DNA of 64,000 bases from Spirochaetia bacterium (GTDB lineage: Bacteria; Spirochaetota; Spirochaetia; SZUA-6; Bin103). Made by a program: the position numbers and the translations under genes. Below, piece after piece: positions 34,033-47,861 of the stretch. Under the pieces are notes generated by a model. It did not search any database, had not been told where the DNA came from, and saw only the letters and a list, made by a program, of their open reading frames with translations. Position 1 is the first letter of the stretch, and each line of letters opens with the position of its first letter. The DNA lies in NCBI GenBank assembly GCA_965198005.1, contig CBDAOI010000004.1, forward strand, positions 736,001 through 800,000, read 5' to 3'.

Positions 34033-35775
34033 TTGACAAAGGTCGTCTCTATGTATACACTGAGCGTGGTGGCGACTATCCAAAAGAAGGTCTCCCGCGG
34101 GCGCACCTACTGGCAGATCGTGGAGTCCAGACGCGTCAACGGTAAGCCCCGTCCCATCGTCCTGGAGCACCTGGGCAGTGCAGAGAAATTGCTCCAGCGA
34201 CTGCGAGAATCTCCCGCGCGCCCGGCCAAGGCGAAGGTCATTCAGTTCGGTGCGTTGGCCGCGCTCTGGCAGATCGCCCAAGAGTTGGATGTGGTCGGCC
34301 TGATCGATGCGCAGGTGCCCAAGCGAGACCAAGGACTGTCCTGCGGGCAGTACTTGCTGTTGGCGGCGCTGAACCGCTGTGTGGCCGCCTCCAGTAAGGC
34401 TTCTCTGTATCAGTGGTATCGACGCACGGTCCTGAACCGGCTGCTCCCCACTGCGCAGCGTTCGCTCTGTTCTCAGCGCTTCTGGGATCACATGAGCATG
34501 CTCGACAGCGCTGCCATCGGCGCGATTGAGCAACAACTGGCCCAGCGGGTGATCGACCGCTACCGGATCGATCTGCGGCTACTGATCTTTGATGCGACCA
34601 ACTTTGATACATTCATCGACAGCCGCACCCTCAGCGAGTTGGCACAACGCGGCCCCGCGAAGAGCAAACGCGCCGATCTGCGGATCTTGGGCTTGGCACT
34701 CCTGGTGAGCTGCGATTACCACATTCCGCTGCTCTCCCACCCGTATCCGGGAAACCAGAATGACGCCGCGTTGTTCGCCAGCCTCACCGAGGCGCTGATC
34801 AGCCGCTGCCAGCAGTTGGCCCAGGAGTGCGACGATATCACGCTGGTGTTCGATGGTGGCAACACCTCCAGAGAAAATATCGAAGCGCTCCAAGCCAGCC
34901 CGTACCATTTCATCACTTCCTTGACCGTGACCTGGCACGAGGATCTGCTGGCGGTTCCCCTGAGCCGGTTTCACTCCTTCGATGACCCGCGGCTTGCCGG
35001 GGTGACGGCTTACCGCACCCACAAGGAGATCTGGGGTGAGCGCCGCACGGTGGTGGTCACCAACAGTCGCCGGTTACGGGAAGGGCAGCTTGCCGGTATC
35101 AACCACGCGTTGCGCAAGAAGCGCGCTGCACTGCGCGCGTTGCGGAGGAAGCTGGCGCGCAGCCAGAAACCGGGGGCATCGGGCAAAGGCTACAGCCGAG
35201 CATCCTTGCAGAAGCATTTCGACGCGATCACCTCGGGTCAGTACGTAGCGCAGATTCTCAAGATTCAGATCAGCGAATCCGACGGCGCACTCAGTTTTCG
35301 ATTTCACACCGATTGGGCAGCGTACCAGCGCTTGCAACGCAGGCGCTTGGGCAAGCGCATCCTGTGCACCGACAACGAGTCGTGGAGCGACCAAGACATC
35401 ATCTTGGCCAGCCGCGCACAACACCATGTGGAGCGGGCGTTCAAGCAGATGAAGAATCCCCACTGGGTGAGCTTCTCGCCGGCCTTTCACTGGACCGATC
35501 AGAAGCTGCGCGTACACGTGTTCTATTGTGTGCTGGCACTGCTGCTGAGCTCGCTGCTGCAACGCAAGGCGGCCCACGGCGGACACCCACTTACCATCGA
35601 GCAACTCCTGGCGGAACTCAGCGGCGTGACCGAAGTGGTCAACCTCTACGCCGCGCCTGAACAGGCCACCTCAACCAGAGGGCGCTACCGAGCCCAATAC
35701 GTGCTCTCTGAGCGCTCCTCCCTGCAAGACAAACTGTGCCGGCTACTTGACGTATACCAACACGCCCATCCCTGA
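34033..35775 (+). mobile_element. IS1634-family transposase
   Basis: YWQIVESRRVNGKPR, SQRFWDHM, FDATNF, FDGG, VERAFKQMK, HWTDQKLRVHVFYC; element ends not clearly resolved. Confidence 0.88.
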
Positions 35776-36055
35776 CGGCACCACTGTCAGTGTATACAAG
35801 CCTCCTCCGACAGGCTATCGAGTAACTTGTTATGCTCAAAACACTTATCCACTCAGACTATCAGATACCCGAGATAACTAGGAAACTCACGCCTGCCTCG
35901 CATGCAGTGAGCGCACGTCGCGCATGCCACCACGTAATGCGACGGCTTCGTCAAGCCCAACTCCGGCCTACCAGTGCGCCGGGTCACGAGGCAACCGTAG
36001 TGCCGGCTCAGCCGGCGGTGGGCGGGGGTCGATCATGTGAATAGATCGCCGTCCG

Positions 36056-37060
36056 ATGAGTGCTCAGGCCCGCATCATCCTCGCGTTCATACTGCTGACC
36101 AGCGTCGTGCTGGGCGGCACCGCGGGGTTCATGGGGATCGAGGGGTGGACGTTCGGCGACAGTCTCTACATGGCGGTGATCACCGTGTCCACGGTGGGGT
36201 TCGGCGAGGTGCGGCCGCTGTCCGGCGCCGGGCGCGCGCTGGCGGTGGTGATCATCGTGTTCGCGGTAGCGTCCCTCGGCTACTCGGCGACCGCCATCGG
36301 CGCATATCTGGCAGAGGGACATCTACTGCTCGACTTCAGGAGGAAGCGTATGGAACGGGCGATTCGCAGGCTGCGCGACCACTACATCATCTGCGGCGGC
36401 GGCCGGTTCGGCCGCGAGGTGGCGGCGGAGTTCAGCCGTTCGGACGCCCCCTACGTGGTGGTCGACCTGGCTCCCGAGGAGTGCGAGCTGGCGGGATTCA
36501 AGGACGCCGTGTTCGTGCAGGGCGACGCCGGCAACGACGAGGCGCTGCAGGCCGCCCGCGTCGACTCCGCCCGCGGACTGGTGTCGGCGCTGCCGGCGGA
36601 CGACGCCAACCTGTTCGTGGTGCTGACCGCGCGCCAGCTCAATCCGAAGCTGACCATCATCACTCAGGCGACGCGCCCGCGCTCGATCGACAAGCTGCGG
36701 CTGGCGGGCGCCGACCGCGTCGTGTCGCCCTATCGTCTGGCCGGCCACAGCATGGCATCGGCGCTGCTGCGGCCGGCGGTGGTGAACTTCATCGACGTCG
36801 CGCAGCGCGAGCGCACCGGCCTGCGGCTCGAGGAGGTGCGGGTGCCGGAGCACTCGCGGCTGATCGGGAAGTCGATCCGCGACGCGGCCGTGAGCGACCA
36901 CACCGGCGCCACCGTGATGGCCATGCAGCAGTCGGACGGCGAGTGGGTCAACATGTTGGACTCCGCCGCGCTGGTGAATACGCCGCTCCAGGCCCGGAAC
37001 GTGCTGATCGCGGTCGGCACCGACCAACAACTGCGCTCCCTGCGCGACTTCGCCGGCTGA
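36056..37060 (+). CDS. Potassium channel protein with TrkA-N/C (RCK) domains
   Basis: Selectivity filter STVGFG, HYIICGGGRFG. Confidence 0.92.
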   Translation: MSAQARIILAFILLTSVVLGGTAGFMGIEGWTFGDSLYMAVITVSTVGFGEVRPLSGAGRALAVVIIVFAVASLGYSATAIGAYLAEGHLLLDFRRKRMERAIRRLRDHYIICGGGRFGREVAAEFSRSDAPYVVVDLAPEECELAGFKDAVFVQGDAGNDEALQAARVDSARGLVSALPADDANLFVVLTARQLNPKLTIITQATRPRSIDKLRLAGADRVVSPYRLAGHSMASALLRPAVVNFIDVAQRERTGLRLEEVRVPEHSRLIGKSIRDAAVSDHTGATVMAMQQSDGEWVNMLDSAALVNTPLQARNVLIAVGTDQQLRSLRDFAG

Positions 37061-37094
37061 CCCGCGCGGCGAGGCTACCAGATCTTGCTGAGAT

Positions 37095-38097
37095 CAAGGC
37101 GAAAGCCAGACAGGACCGGGGCGCCGTCAACACTGTCGGGGTTGCGCAGCAGCACCAGGTTGTCGCCGGCGGTGCGCAGCGCTTCCAGCTCCTCCGCCGA
37201 CAGCGGGCTGTCGCCCAGGGCGACCTGCACCTTGAAGTCCAGCACGGCGTCGGCGCCCACCCGCGCCGGCGTCTGAGTGCCGATCGTGACCGCCACCTAC
37301 GGCCGCGTACGCTTGCGCCACCAGTTGGGCACCCGCACCGACAGGCCGCTCCGCTCCAACTCGGGCACGCTTTGCAGGAACCGATAGGCGTGCGCCGGCG
37401 GCCAGGCCAGCGGGCGGTACAGGTCGCCGGAGTCGGCCAGCTCCCGCACCCAGTCGCACGCCGTGGCGGCCTCCTCCACCGGCGCCAGCAGGTTGATCAG
37501 CGCCGTCCGGTTGTTGGCTCCGGCGTACTGCTGCAGCGCGTTGCGCAGCGGCAGGTGCTTGAGCCGCCCGCCGGCGCCGAAGCCGGCGGCGTAGGTGGCC
37601 AGAAACGCGAACGGCCGCTCCTCGCCGTTCCGGTTCTCGGCCAAGTGGAAGCAGACCCGCCCCACCTGCCGCCAGCGCGGCGCCCGCGCCCGCAGCAACG
37701 CCGCCGGGCCGCCGGCCGCCGCGGCCGCCGCGCGCACCCACTCGTCGAGCCGCCCCCACACGCGTTGCAGGAGTTCGGGCGACAGATACTCGCCACCTTC
37801 CATCGGTGGCGCGTTCAGCACCCAGGTGGCCAGCAGGCCGTCGCCGGGCGCCTCGACCGCAACCTCCTCCGCGTCCGCCGGCAGGTGGCACAGGCCGGTC
37901 AGGTAGTGCTCGGCCAGTTGCCGCCAGTAGCGCAAGCTGGGGATCTCCTGCGCCGGCAGCTTCTCCGCCGCCAGCGTAAACAGCGCCCCGCGCCAGTCGG
38001 TCCGAAATGCGTCCAGCACCGGAGCCAAGTCGGCGGCCCCTGCGCGGGGCTCGGGTTCCCAACGCAGGGCCCCGCCCGGCGTCAATCGTACGCCCAT
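37095..38097 (-). pseudogene. SNF2-family helicase, N-terminal part
   Basis: APPMEGGEYL, VGRVCFHLAEN, PFAFLATY, VRVPNWW; TAG at 37297; helicase core missing. Confidence 0.75.
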
Positions 38098-38261
38098 GGA
38101 CGTCGACTATCCACGGAAGGATGAGGCGCCGGCCTCAGAACATGCGACACTTCGTGCCACCGGGCAGCAGCCCACCACGTCCACATAGCCATGGCAATGC
38201 TGCCACAGCTACGTTTGCTCAACGTAAATGAGTTGTAGATAACGAATCATGAACGGGCTGC

Positions 38262-38980
38262 CTAATCGAGCTTTGCCAAGAGGGTCTCAAGGGGCTCATC
38301 ACCGGGCCATGATCCTGCAAGCTGAATAGGGTCGAAAGATGCTGCCCTAGTGCTTTGACCCTCGGGAATCTTGCCCGCGATCTTATCGGCCACCGCTTTC
38401 CACGCATCAAAATCAGTCACCCGGGATCTCGAAATACATAATCTTGAACAGCCACAAATTGATGTCAAATTCCGAATTACGGATTTCTCGAGTATTGCCG
38501 GCAGCCATGGACTAAGAGAAATATGCTCTATCCATTCGACTTCGATCTCGAATCCCCAACTCTCTTGCGCACGATCGTCGGCATATACAATCCGATATTC
38601 GCGCTCATCCCCATATGGGGACCACTTCAGAAATGGCAGGTCGTCTACACATCGATGATTGCTTTTCAGTTCGCTGATCTTGACGTATTCCACGCACCTG
38701 TCGACTGGCCTGGCACCGCCGTCTTCACATTGGTTCCTGAACGCATCCAATATGCGATCCTTATTGAATCGAATGCTGACTCCATCGGCGCCACTTGAGA
38801 ATACTCGCCAGTGATGATACGTCTCTCCCGTTTGGTCGGCGAAACAGAGCGCTAGCAGTGTCTTCAGGCTCTTGGACTCCTTGTACTTCTCCAAGAAATA
38901 GGCGTCGTTCTTATCATCCCACTTCGTCGGATCCCGCAGTAGTATCTTCTTCTCGCGAAGAATATATATTAGATCGGAAT
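38262..38980 (-). pseudogene. DUF2971-like protein, 5'-damaged, lower GC
   Basis: DPTKWDDKNDAYF...LALCF...ETYHHWRVFSSGADGV...FLK...EREYR. Confidence 0.55.
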
Positions 38981-38983
38981 CGA

Positions 38984-39850
38984 CTACGAGGCGCTGGTGG
39001 GCGAGTCGGCGCCGGCGAGGCCGGCGGCGCGGAATGACTCGATCTCCGCCGCCAGCTCCGGGTCGCGCGCCGCGTACTCCAGGATCGACCGCAGGTAGCC
39101 GGCCGGCGTGCCGACGTCGAGCCGCCGGCCGACCATGCGCTGGATCACGACCCGCCCCTGCCGCGCCAGCTCCTCCACCCCCTCGGTGTAGTTGAACTCG
39201 CCGCCGCCGTGGCGCTCCCAGCGGCGCCGCAGCGCCGGGTAGATCTCCGGCGTGTACAGGTAGCGGCCGATGGAGATGTCGCGGCTCGGCTCGGTGCCCG
39301 GCGCCGGCTTTTCCACGATGCCGGTGACGTACAGGCCGTCGTCGGCCAGCGCCACCACGCCGTAGCGTTCCAGGTGCGGCGGATTGTGCTCGACGGCCAG
39401 CACGCTGCAGCCGGTCCGCTGGTGGGTGTCGATCAACTGCCGCGTGAGCGGCGGGTCGCCGACGTGCAGGTCATCGGGGAACACCACCACGAACGGATCG
39501 TCGCCGGTGAACGGCTCGGACAGCAGGATCGCGTGCCCCGTGCCCAGCATCCGCTGCTGGCGCAAGAAGAAGAACCGGCCCGGCGGCACGGTGATCGCCT
39601 GCTGCCTGGCCACCGCGCCCTCGGACTCGAACACCTGCTCCAGCTCCACCTCGCGATCGACGTAGTCCTCCAGCGCGCGCTTGCGGCGCGAGGTGATGAA
39701 CAGGATGTCTTCGATCCCCGACTCGCGCAGCTCCTGCAGTATGAAGTCGATCGCGGGTCGGTCGATGACCGGAAACATCTCCTTGGGTACCGTCTTCGAA
39801 GCCGGCAGGAACCTGCTGCCATACCCGGCAGCGACGATGACCGCTTTCAT
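38984..39850 (-). CDS. galU: UTP--glucose-1-phosphate uridylyltransferase
   Basis: AAGYGSRFLPASKTVPKEMFPVIDRP, LGTGHAIL, IVEKP, GRY. Confidence 0.9.
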   Translation of the reverse strand: MKAVIVAAGYGSRFLPASKTVPKEMFPVIDRPAIDFILQELRESGIEDILFITSRRKRALEDYVDREVELEQVFESEGAVARQQAITVPPGRFFFLRQQRMLGTGHAILLSEPFTGDDPFVVVFPDDLHVGDPPLTRQLIDTHQRTGCSVLAVEHNPPHLERYGVVALADDGLYVTGIVEKPAPGTEPSRDISIGRYLYTPEIYPALRRRWERHGGGEFNYTEGVEELARQGRVVIQRMVGRRLDVGTPAGYLRSILEYAARDPELAAEIESFRAAGLAGADSPTSAS

Positions 39851-40046
39851 GCGTGCCTCCTGGAGTGAACGATGCACCCATTCCAATCGTATCATGATGC
39901 CTGCCGAGATCCGCGAGCCGGCATCCGGGACCAACCGGCCATCGTGCCAGCCCGGCACCGCAGAACCGACACCCGTCCTCGACCCGACCGCCCGCGGGTT
40001 GACATCCCGGGCAAAGAGCATCATCTTATCACCCAAAGGGTGATGG

Positions 40047-40343
40047 GTGGAAGTTTCCTTCCAATCGCGCAGGCTCCTCGGATGTTACCAGGAGTCGTCC
40101 CGGGCAATTCGTGAATGGGGCTCGGTCGTCGGCCGGCGTTACATACGGATCGTGAACGAATTGAGCGCACTTCCGACGTTCCCCGACCTGTTCTCGGTCG
40201 TCCGGATGCGTGCCCACCCGTACAAGAGTCGTCCTGGATCGTATGCGCTCGACATGACCGGGCGCTGGCGCCTGATAGTCCGGCAGGGCGAGAGGCCCGA
40301 TCAGGTGGTCGTAGAGGAGGTGAGCAACCATTATGACGATTGA
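40047..40343 (+). CDS. HigB-like (RelE/ParE family) toxin
   Basis: MEVSF...HPYK.RPGSYALDMTGRWRLI; toxin-first order before HigA. Confidence 0.8.
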   Translation: MEVSFQSRRLLGCYQESSRAIREWGSVVGRRYIRIVNELSALPTFPDLFSVVRMRAHPYKSRPGSYALDMTGRWRLIVRQGERPDQVVVEEVSNHYDD

Positions 40344-41415
40344 CGACCGTGGTGAGGTCTATTCCGATCTCGTCATCCCGCCAGGAGAGACACTCGCCGA
40401 CGAGATCGCTTCCCGTGGCATCAGCCAGACGGAGCTTGCGGCCCGTCTCGGACGACCCGTGCAGGTGGTTAACGAGATCATCCACGGCAAAAAGGCGATC
40501 ACCGACAACACAGCACTCGGCCTGGAGAATGTCCTGGGCATACCCGCAGCGTTCTGGGTCAACCTGGAGCAGAACTACCGGATGACCGGAGCCAGACTCC
40601 AGGAGCGGGACCGCCTCAAGGCCGAGGAGAACTGGCTCAAGGAACTCCCGGTCAGGGAAATGGAGAGGCGCGGCTGGATATCCGTCGGACGGAACCCCCA
40701 GGAGAAGATGCGCGCCCTGCTACAATTCTTCGGCGTCGCGAACGTGACCGCCTATCGAAAGACCACCGAGGTGCTCGGCTTTCGGATCTCCGACAAATCG
40801 AAGCTGTCCCCCGGTGCCCTGGCGGCGTGGCTGCGCAAGGGAGAACTTGAGGCGCAGACTATCGACACCCGCCCATTCGACTCTGCCTTACTCCTGGACG
40901 CGGCTCGCGCAGCCCGTACGATGACCGAACAGCCGCCGCTGGAGTTTGCCACGCGCTTGACGCAGCTATTCTCCGACGCTGGCGTGGCGTTGGTCGTGGT
41001 GCGCGAGTTACCCAAGACCGGAGCCAACGGAGTTGCCCGTTGGCTCTCCGACCGGAAAGCTCTGATCCAGTTGAATCTGCGCTACAAGTGGCAGGACATC
41101 TTCTGGTTCACGTTGTTCCACGAAGTCTGTCACGTCCTCAAGCACGCCAATCAGAAAATCATCATTGACGGCATCGACAAGAATTGGCCGTTTGAGGACG
41201 AGGCTAACCCGTGGGCTGCCGACTTCCTCGTGCCCCCTGATGCCTGGTCGCAGTTTTGCCGCAGGACACCGTTCAACCGCGGCAGCATTATTGCGTTCGC
41301 TCGGGAAATCGGGATAGCGCCCGGAATCGTCGTCGGACGCCTGCAACGCGAGCGACGTCTGAAGTATTCAGAAATGACCGATCTCAAGGTCCGATTCGGA
41401 TGGACAGATGAGTAG
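40333..41415 (+). CDS. HigA-type XRE antitoxin fused to ImmA/IrrE-like metallopeptidase domain
   Basis: PPGETLADE HTH...FWVNLE; FWFTLFHEVCH (HExxH), E.EAN. Confidence 0.88.
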   Translation: MTIDDRGEVYSDLVIPPGETLADEIASRGISQTELAARLGRPVQVVNEIIHGKKAITDNTALGLENVLGIPAAFWVNLEQNYRMTGARLQERDRLKAEENWLKELPVREMERRGWISVGRNPQEKMRALLQFFGVANVTAYRKTTEVLGFRISDKSKLSPGALAAWLRKGELEAQTIDTRPFDSALLLDAARAARTMTEQPPLEFATRLTQLFSDAGVALVVVRELPKTGANGVARWLSDRKALIQLNLRYKWQDIFWFTLFHEVCHVLKHANQKIIIDGIDKNWPFEDEANPWAADFLVPPDAWSQFCRRTPFNRGSIIAFAREIGIAPGIVVGRLQRERRLKYSEMTDLKVRFGWTDE

Positions 41416-41633
41416 CGCGATTTCCAAAATGGCTATTCGTCGCCAGAGATCGGCGGTGAGTTGGTTCCTCCTTTTTCCAAGCGTGCTATGTACTCGGAAG
41501 GTGCAGCCGGGAAGGCGAGTTGCTCACGTAGCGTATGGGTCATGCGGCCAACTCCGCGCGCGCCGCATCGCGGGCCGACCACGGTACGGGGTGTACGCCG
41601 TACGTGCGCATCGCGTCCAACAATAACGACCCC

Positions 41634-44779
<3,146 letters not shown>

Positions 44780-44908
44780 CTACCCCAGTGCGCGAAGCGA
44801 TTCGAGCCGAGCGAGCCACCCGGCGAAGTGACGGCACTCGTCCCGGATGCGGTCCAACCCGATGCGCTTTGCAACGGCCGTCCCGTGGCGAACCACTACG
44901 AAGATCAA
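44780..44908 (-). pseudogene. DUF4276-like protein remnant
   Basis: Only HGTAVAKRIGLDRIRDECRHFAGWLARL remains, downstream of the ATPase. Confidence 0.6.
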
Positions 44909-46028
44909 CGCGCCGGCCCGCCGCCGACGACCTCGGCTTTCCAGAGCTGCCCCACCGAGTACTCCTTCAGCCAGTCCTGCCAGACATCCGAATCCAACCT
45001 CTCGAACACTGACTCGCCATTTCTGCGGTTCACCACCACGACATCCTCCGGCTCGAACTCGCTGACCAAGTCCGCCGATTGCGTGGACACGATCACCTGC
45101 CGCGCCTCGCTTGCGCCTCGAACCATCTCCGCCAACAGCTTCAGCGCGAGGGGGTGCAGCCCCAGCTCGGGTTCGTCGATGATGATCGGATCGGGTTGCA
45201 GCTCCGGCGGCTGCCGCAGCAGCGTCGCCAGGCAGATGAAACGGAGCGTACCGTCCGAGAGCTGCAGCGGCCCCAGTGGTGTGTCCTGATCCTCCCTGTG
45301 GTGCCATTCAAGCTCGATACGCTCACCGACGTCCTTACGGTATACGAAATCGCCAAAGAACGGCGCCACGATCCGCACCGTCCGGACGACGTCCCGATGC
45401 CGGCGCGGATGGCGTTCGCGCAGAAACCGCAGAAACGGCGCCAAGTTGCTTCCGTCCGCCTTCAGCCGCAGATTGTCGCGCACCGCCTGCGGACAGCGCA
45501 CGCCCGCCACGTTACTCGTGTCGCGAAAGTGGTACACGCGCCAGTCCCTGATAGCCGGCAAGGCGTAGGCTGCAAAGGTACCGGCGTCGAGGCTCGCCGG
45601 ATGCGCTTCTCCGCGACCCCCTGACCATACGGCGCCCCCCTCGGCAGCGAGCCGCGTGCCGGCAGCCGCCAGCGCTGCCTCCTGCGGCACACCCGGAGAA
45701 AGCTGTTCCTCGCCGATCACCAGCCCGTCGCCCGCAGCCTCCGCCGAGAACCGATACTGGCAGCGTCCCCTCTCGAAGAACAGCTCCACCTCAAGGCTCG
45801 AAGTCCTCCTGCGCCCCCCGAACAGCACCGCATCCGGCCCGCCCTCCTGTTTGACAAAGACCTGAAGCCTTCCGCGAGCAAGCTGTGACAAGAGCCGAAA
45901 CACGCCGAGAAGGTTGCTCTTGCCCGCCCCATTGGCCCCGATGAGCACGCTAACTCCCGCAGCTCGAAGTTCTCCGGCTCACGAATCGATTTGAAACCGC
46001 GAACGGTTAGCCGGCCCAGCGTCGCCAT
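44905..46028 (-). pseudogene. AAA_21/RecF-SMC-like ATPase, frameshift near N-terminus (~45950)
   Basis: LTVRGFKSI then IGANGAGKSN in another frame; LSDGTLRF, IDEPELGLHP, STQS. Confidence 0.85.
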
Positions 46029-46094
46029 GTTCCGGTTGCCCTGTCATGCCCCGGCGCTGCCTCAGCGGCCGAATGATCTCGGTCAGTCGCTCCG

Positions 46095-47861
46095 TCAACG
46101 CCACCGCCACAGGTTCCCTCGAAGTTTCGGAATCCACTCTTCCAAGGCATCAAGCCATCGCATGCAATCCTCAGCCGTATCGCCAATGATGCCGGCGGAT
46201 ACGAGCGGTGACTCGGTGTTCCCTGTAGAAAGCGCCTTGCGAATCTCTTGCAGGATATTCTTTGTATTCTCTACACGGTACGCGAAAGAACCCGCGACGA
46301 AGTACGGATCGCCGCCCGGATACCTGGCGTTCTGGTGACGTGCCGCACTCAACGAGATCAGTATCTCAAGCTTGTCGAACAAGAGCGTGTATTGTTCGTC
46401 GTTCGAAACAAAATCTCTGGCTGACTCTCGTAACACTTCACATATCCAATCGTTAAGCGGGGCTTCCCTCCTTTCCATCCCCTCCAGTCTCCTTGCATCC
46501 TGCCCAATTCCATCATACATGCCGAACGGCGGAAGCAACTCCACTGCCGAAACATCCTCATGACGCTGCCGAATCGGTGTCGCGAATAAATACTCGAGAA
46601 AACCAAACCGCTCTGCCTCCACGGCTCCTAGACCCAAGGCGTAGAGGAGGAGAGTCCCAGGATATCGTTGCATGCCTAGCCAGAATCCCCGGCCGTTGCC
46701 CCCGAACGGCGACAATCTTGACAGGGCTCGTCGCCAAAGTGGGAAGTGGTCCTCCTCGGCCCAATAGCCGCCGATAGGCGCCATGGCGAGCAACGTCGAA
46801 CAAGCTGACTCGTAGCCGCGTGCACGTGCGGTCGCCGATTCGGTAGTGACAGCCGAAGCTCCGCTGACCGCGTAATCCCCACCGGACGTAGCCTCGATGA
46901 CCCGATCGACCGTCGCGTCAATGAGATCCGATAGCTGAATACGGTAACGTCGCTCGGAGACAAATCGCTTCAAGCTCGAAACGGCGGCTTCGACCGATAA
47001 CGGGTGCGGTCTCGAGAATTCCTCGATCGACTCGACGTACTGCTGAACATCGCGGAAAAAAGCGTCTGCACCCTCGATGCGGATCGTCTGTGCGCCGCGA
47101 TGGTCGATCAGTCGCCGCGCCTTGTCGCTCTCCTTTCCGTGCAGTGTCCAGTACGTGGCGAATCTCCGCGATCGAGCACGCAAGATGGCATTTCGCAACG
47201 CCTCGTCCCACTCGGCCGACCAGCCGCACACGACTAGACCAAACTCGTCAAGAATCCGATCGATCAGCGTATCGTATACGGCAGGATAGGACGAGAGTTC
47301 GGCCTGCGTGTTTCGAATACGCGTATCGAGATAGTCACCATGTACCTTGAACACGCAGCACCGTGTGTGAACGATCGGAACCGCTCCCTGCACTTGATCC
47401 GGAGAACTGAGAACTGCAGGTACCACACCGGCGTCGTTCAATGCGGCTTCCATCAAGCGGTCGAAATTCGTGGTTATGATCACTTTGACGAAGCCTTGCG
47501 CGCTCAGCGCCGCGACCGAACGATGCGCGGCTGTCGGCTGCTTCCAGCCATCTTCTCGCTCGCGTTCGTCTGGCTCCCAATACGCCCGCAACAACTGCTG
47601 CCGCTCGGCGGGCGTCTTCGCTATGGCGTCGAGAAGATCGGAGTATTCTGGCGCCGCTCCGAACCGGTCCCGGTACCATCGCTCGGGATCCGGTTCACAG
47701 GTCTGCTTGCTGAGAGCCGCGAGCTTGCGGATCAAGTCGAGGGTGATGTCCCAACCTGTCGGGATCTTCGCCGCCCGTGAGACGCCCGAACCAAGGAGAA
47801 CGGCGTAAACGCCCGGGTTGGCCTGCATCGAGAATGCGAGCGACTGGACCGGATCAATCAA
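46095..47861 (-). CDS. SIR2-domain protein
   Basis: LLGSGVS, ITTNFD, FKVHGD, VVCGWS in the N-terminal half; unrecognised C-terminal half; overlaps hsdS stop. Confidence 0.88.
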   Translation of the reverse strand: MIDPVQSLAFSMQANPGVYAVLLGSGVSRAAKIPTGWDITLDLIRKLAALSKQTCEPDPERWYRDRFGAAPEYSDLLDAIAKTPAERQQLLRAYWEPDEREREDGWKQPTAAHRSVAALSAQGFVKVIITTNFDRLMEAALNDAGVVPAVLSSPDQVQGAVPIVHTRCCVFKVHGDYLDTRIRNTQAELSSYPAVYDTLIDRILDEFGLVVCGWSAEWDEALRNAILRARSRRFATYWTLHGKESDKARRLIDHRGAQTIRIEGADAFFRDVQQYVESIEEFSRPHPLSVEAAVSSLKRFVSERRYRIQLSDLIDATVDRVIEATSGGDYAVSGASAVTTESATARARGYESACSTLLAMAPIGGYWAEEDHFPLWRRALSRLSPFGGNGRGFWLGMQRYPGTLLLYALGLGAVEAERFGFLEYLFATPIRQRHEDVSAVELLPPFGMYDGIGQDARRLEGMERREAPLNDWICEVLRESARDFVSNDEQYTLLFDKLEILISLSAARHQNARYPGGDPYFVAGSFAYRVENTKNILQEIRKALSTGNTESPLVSAGIIGDTAEDCMRWLDALEEWIPKLRGNLWRWR

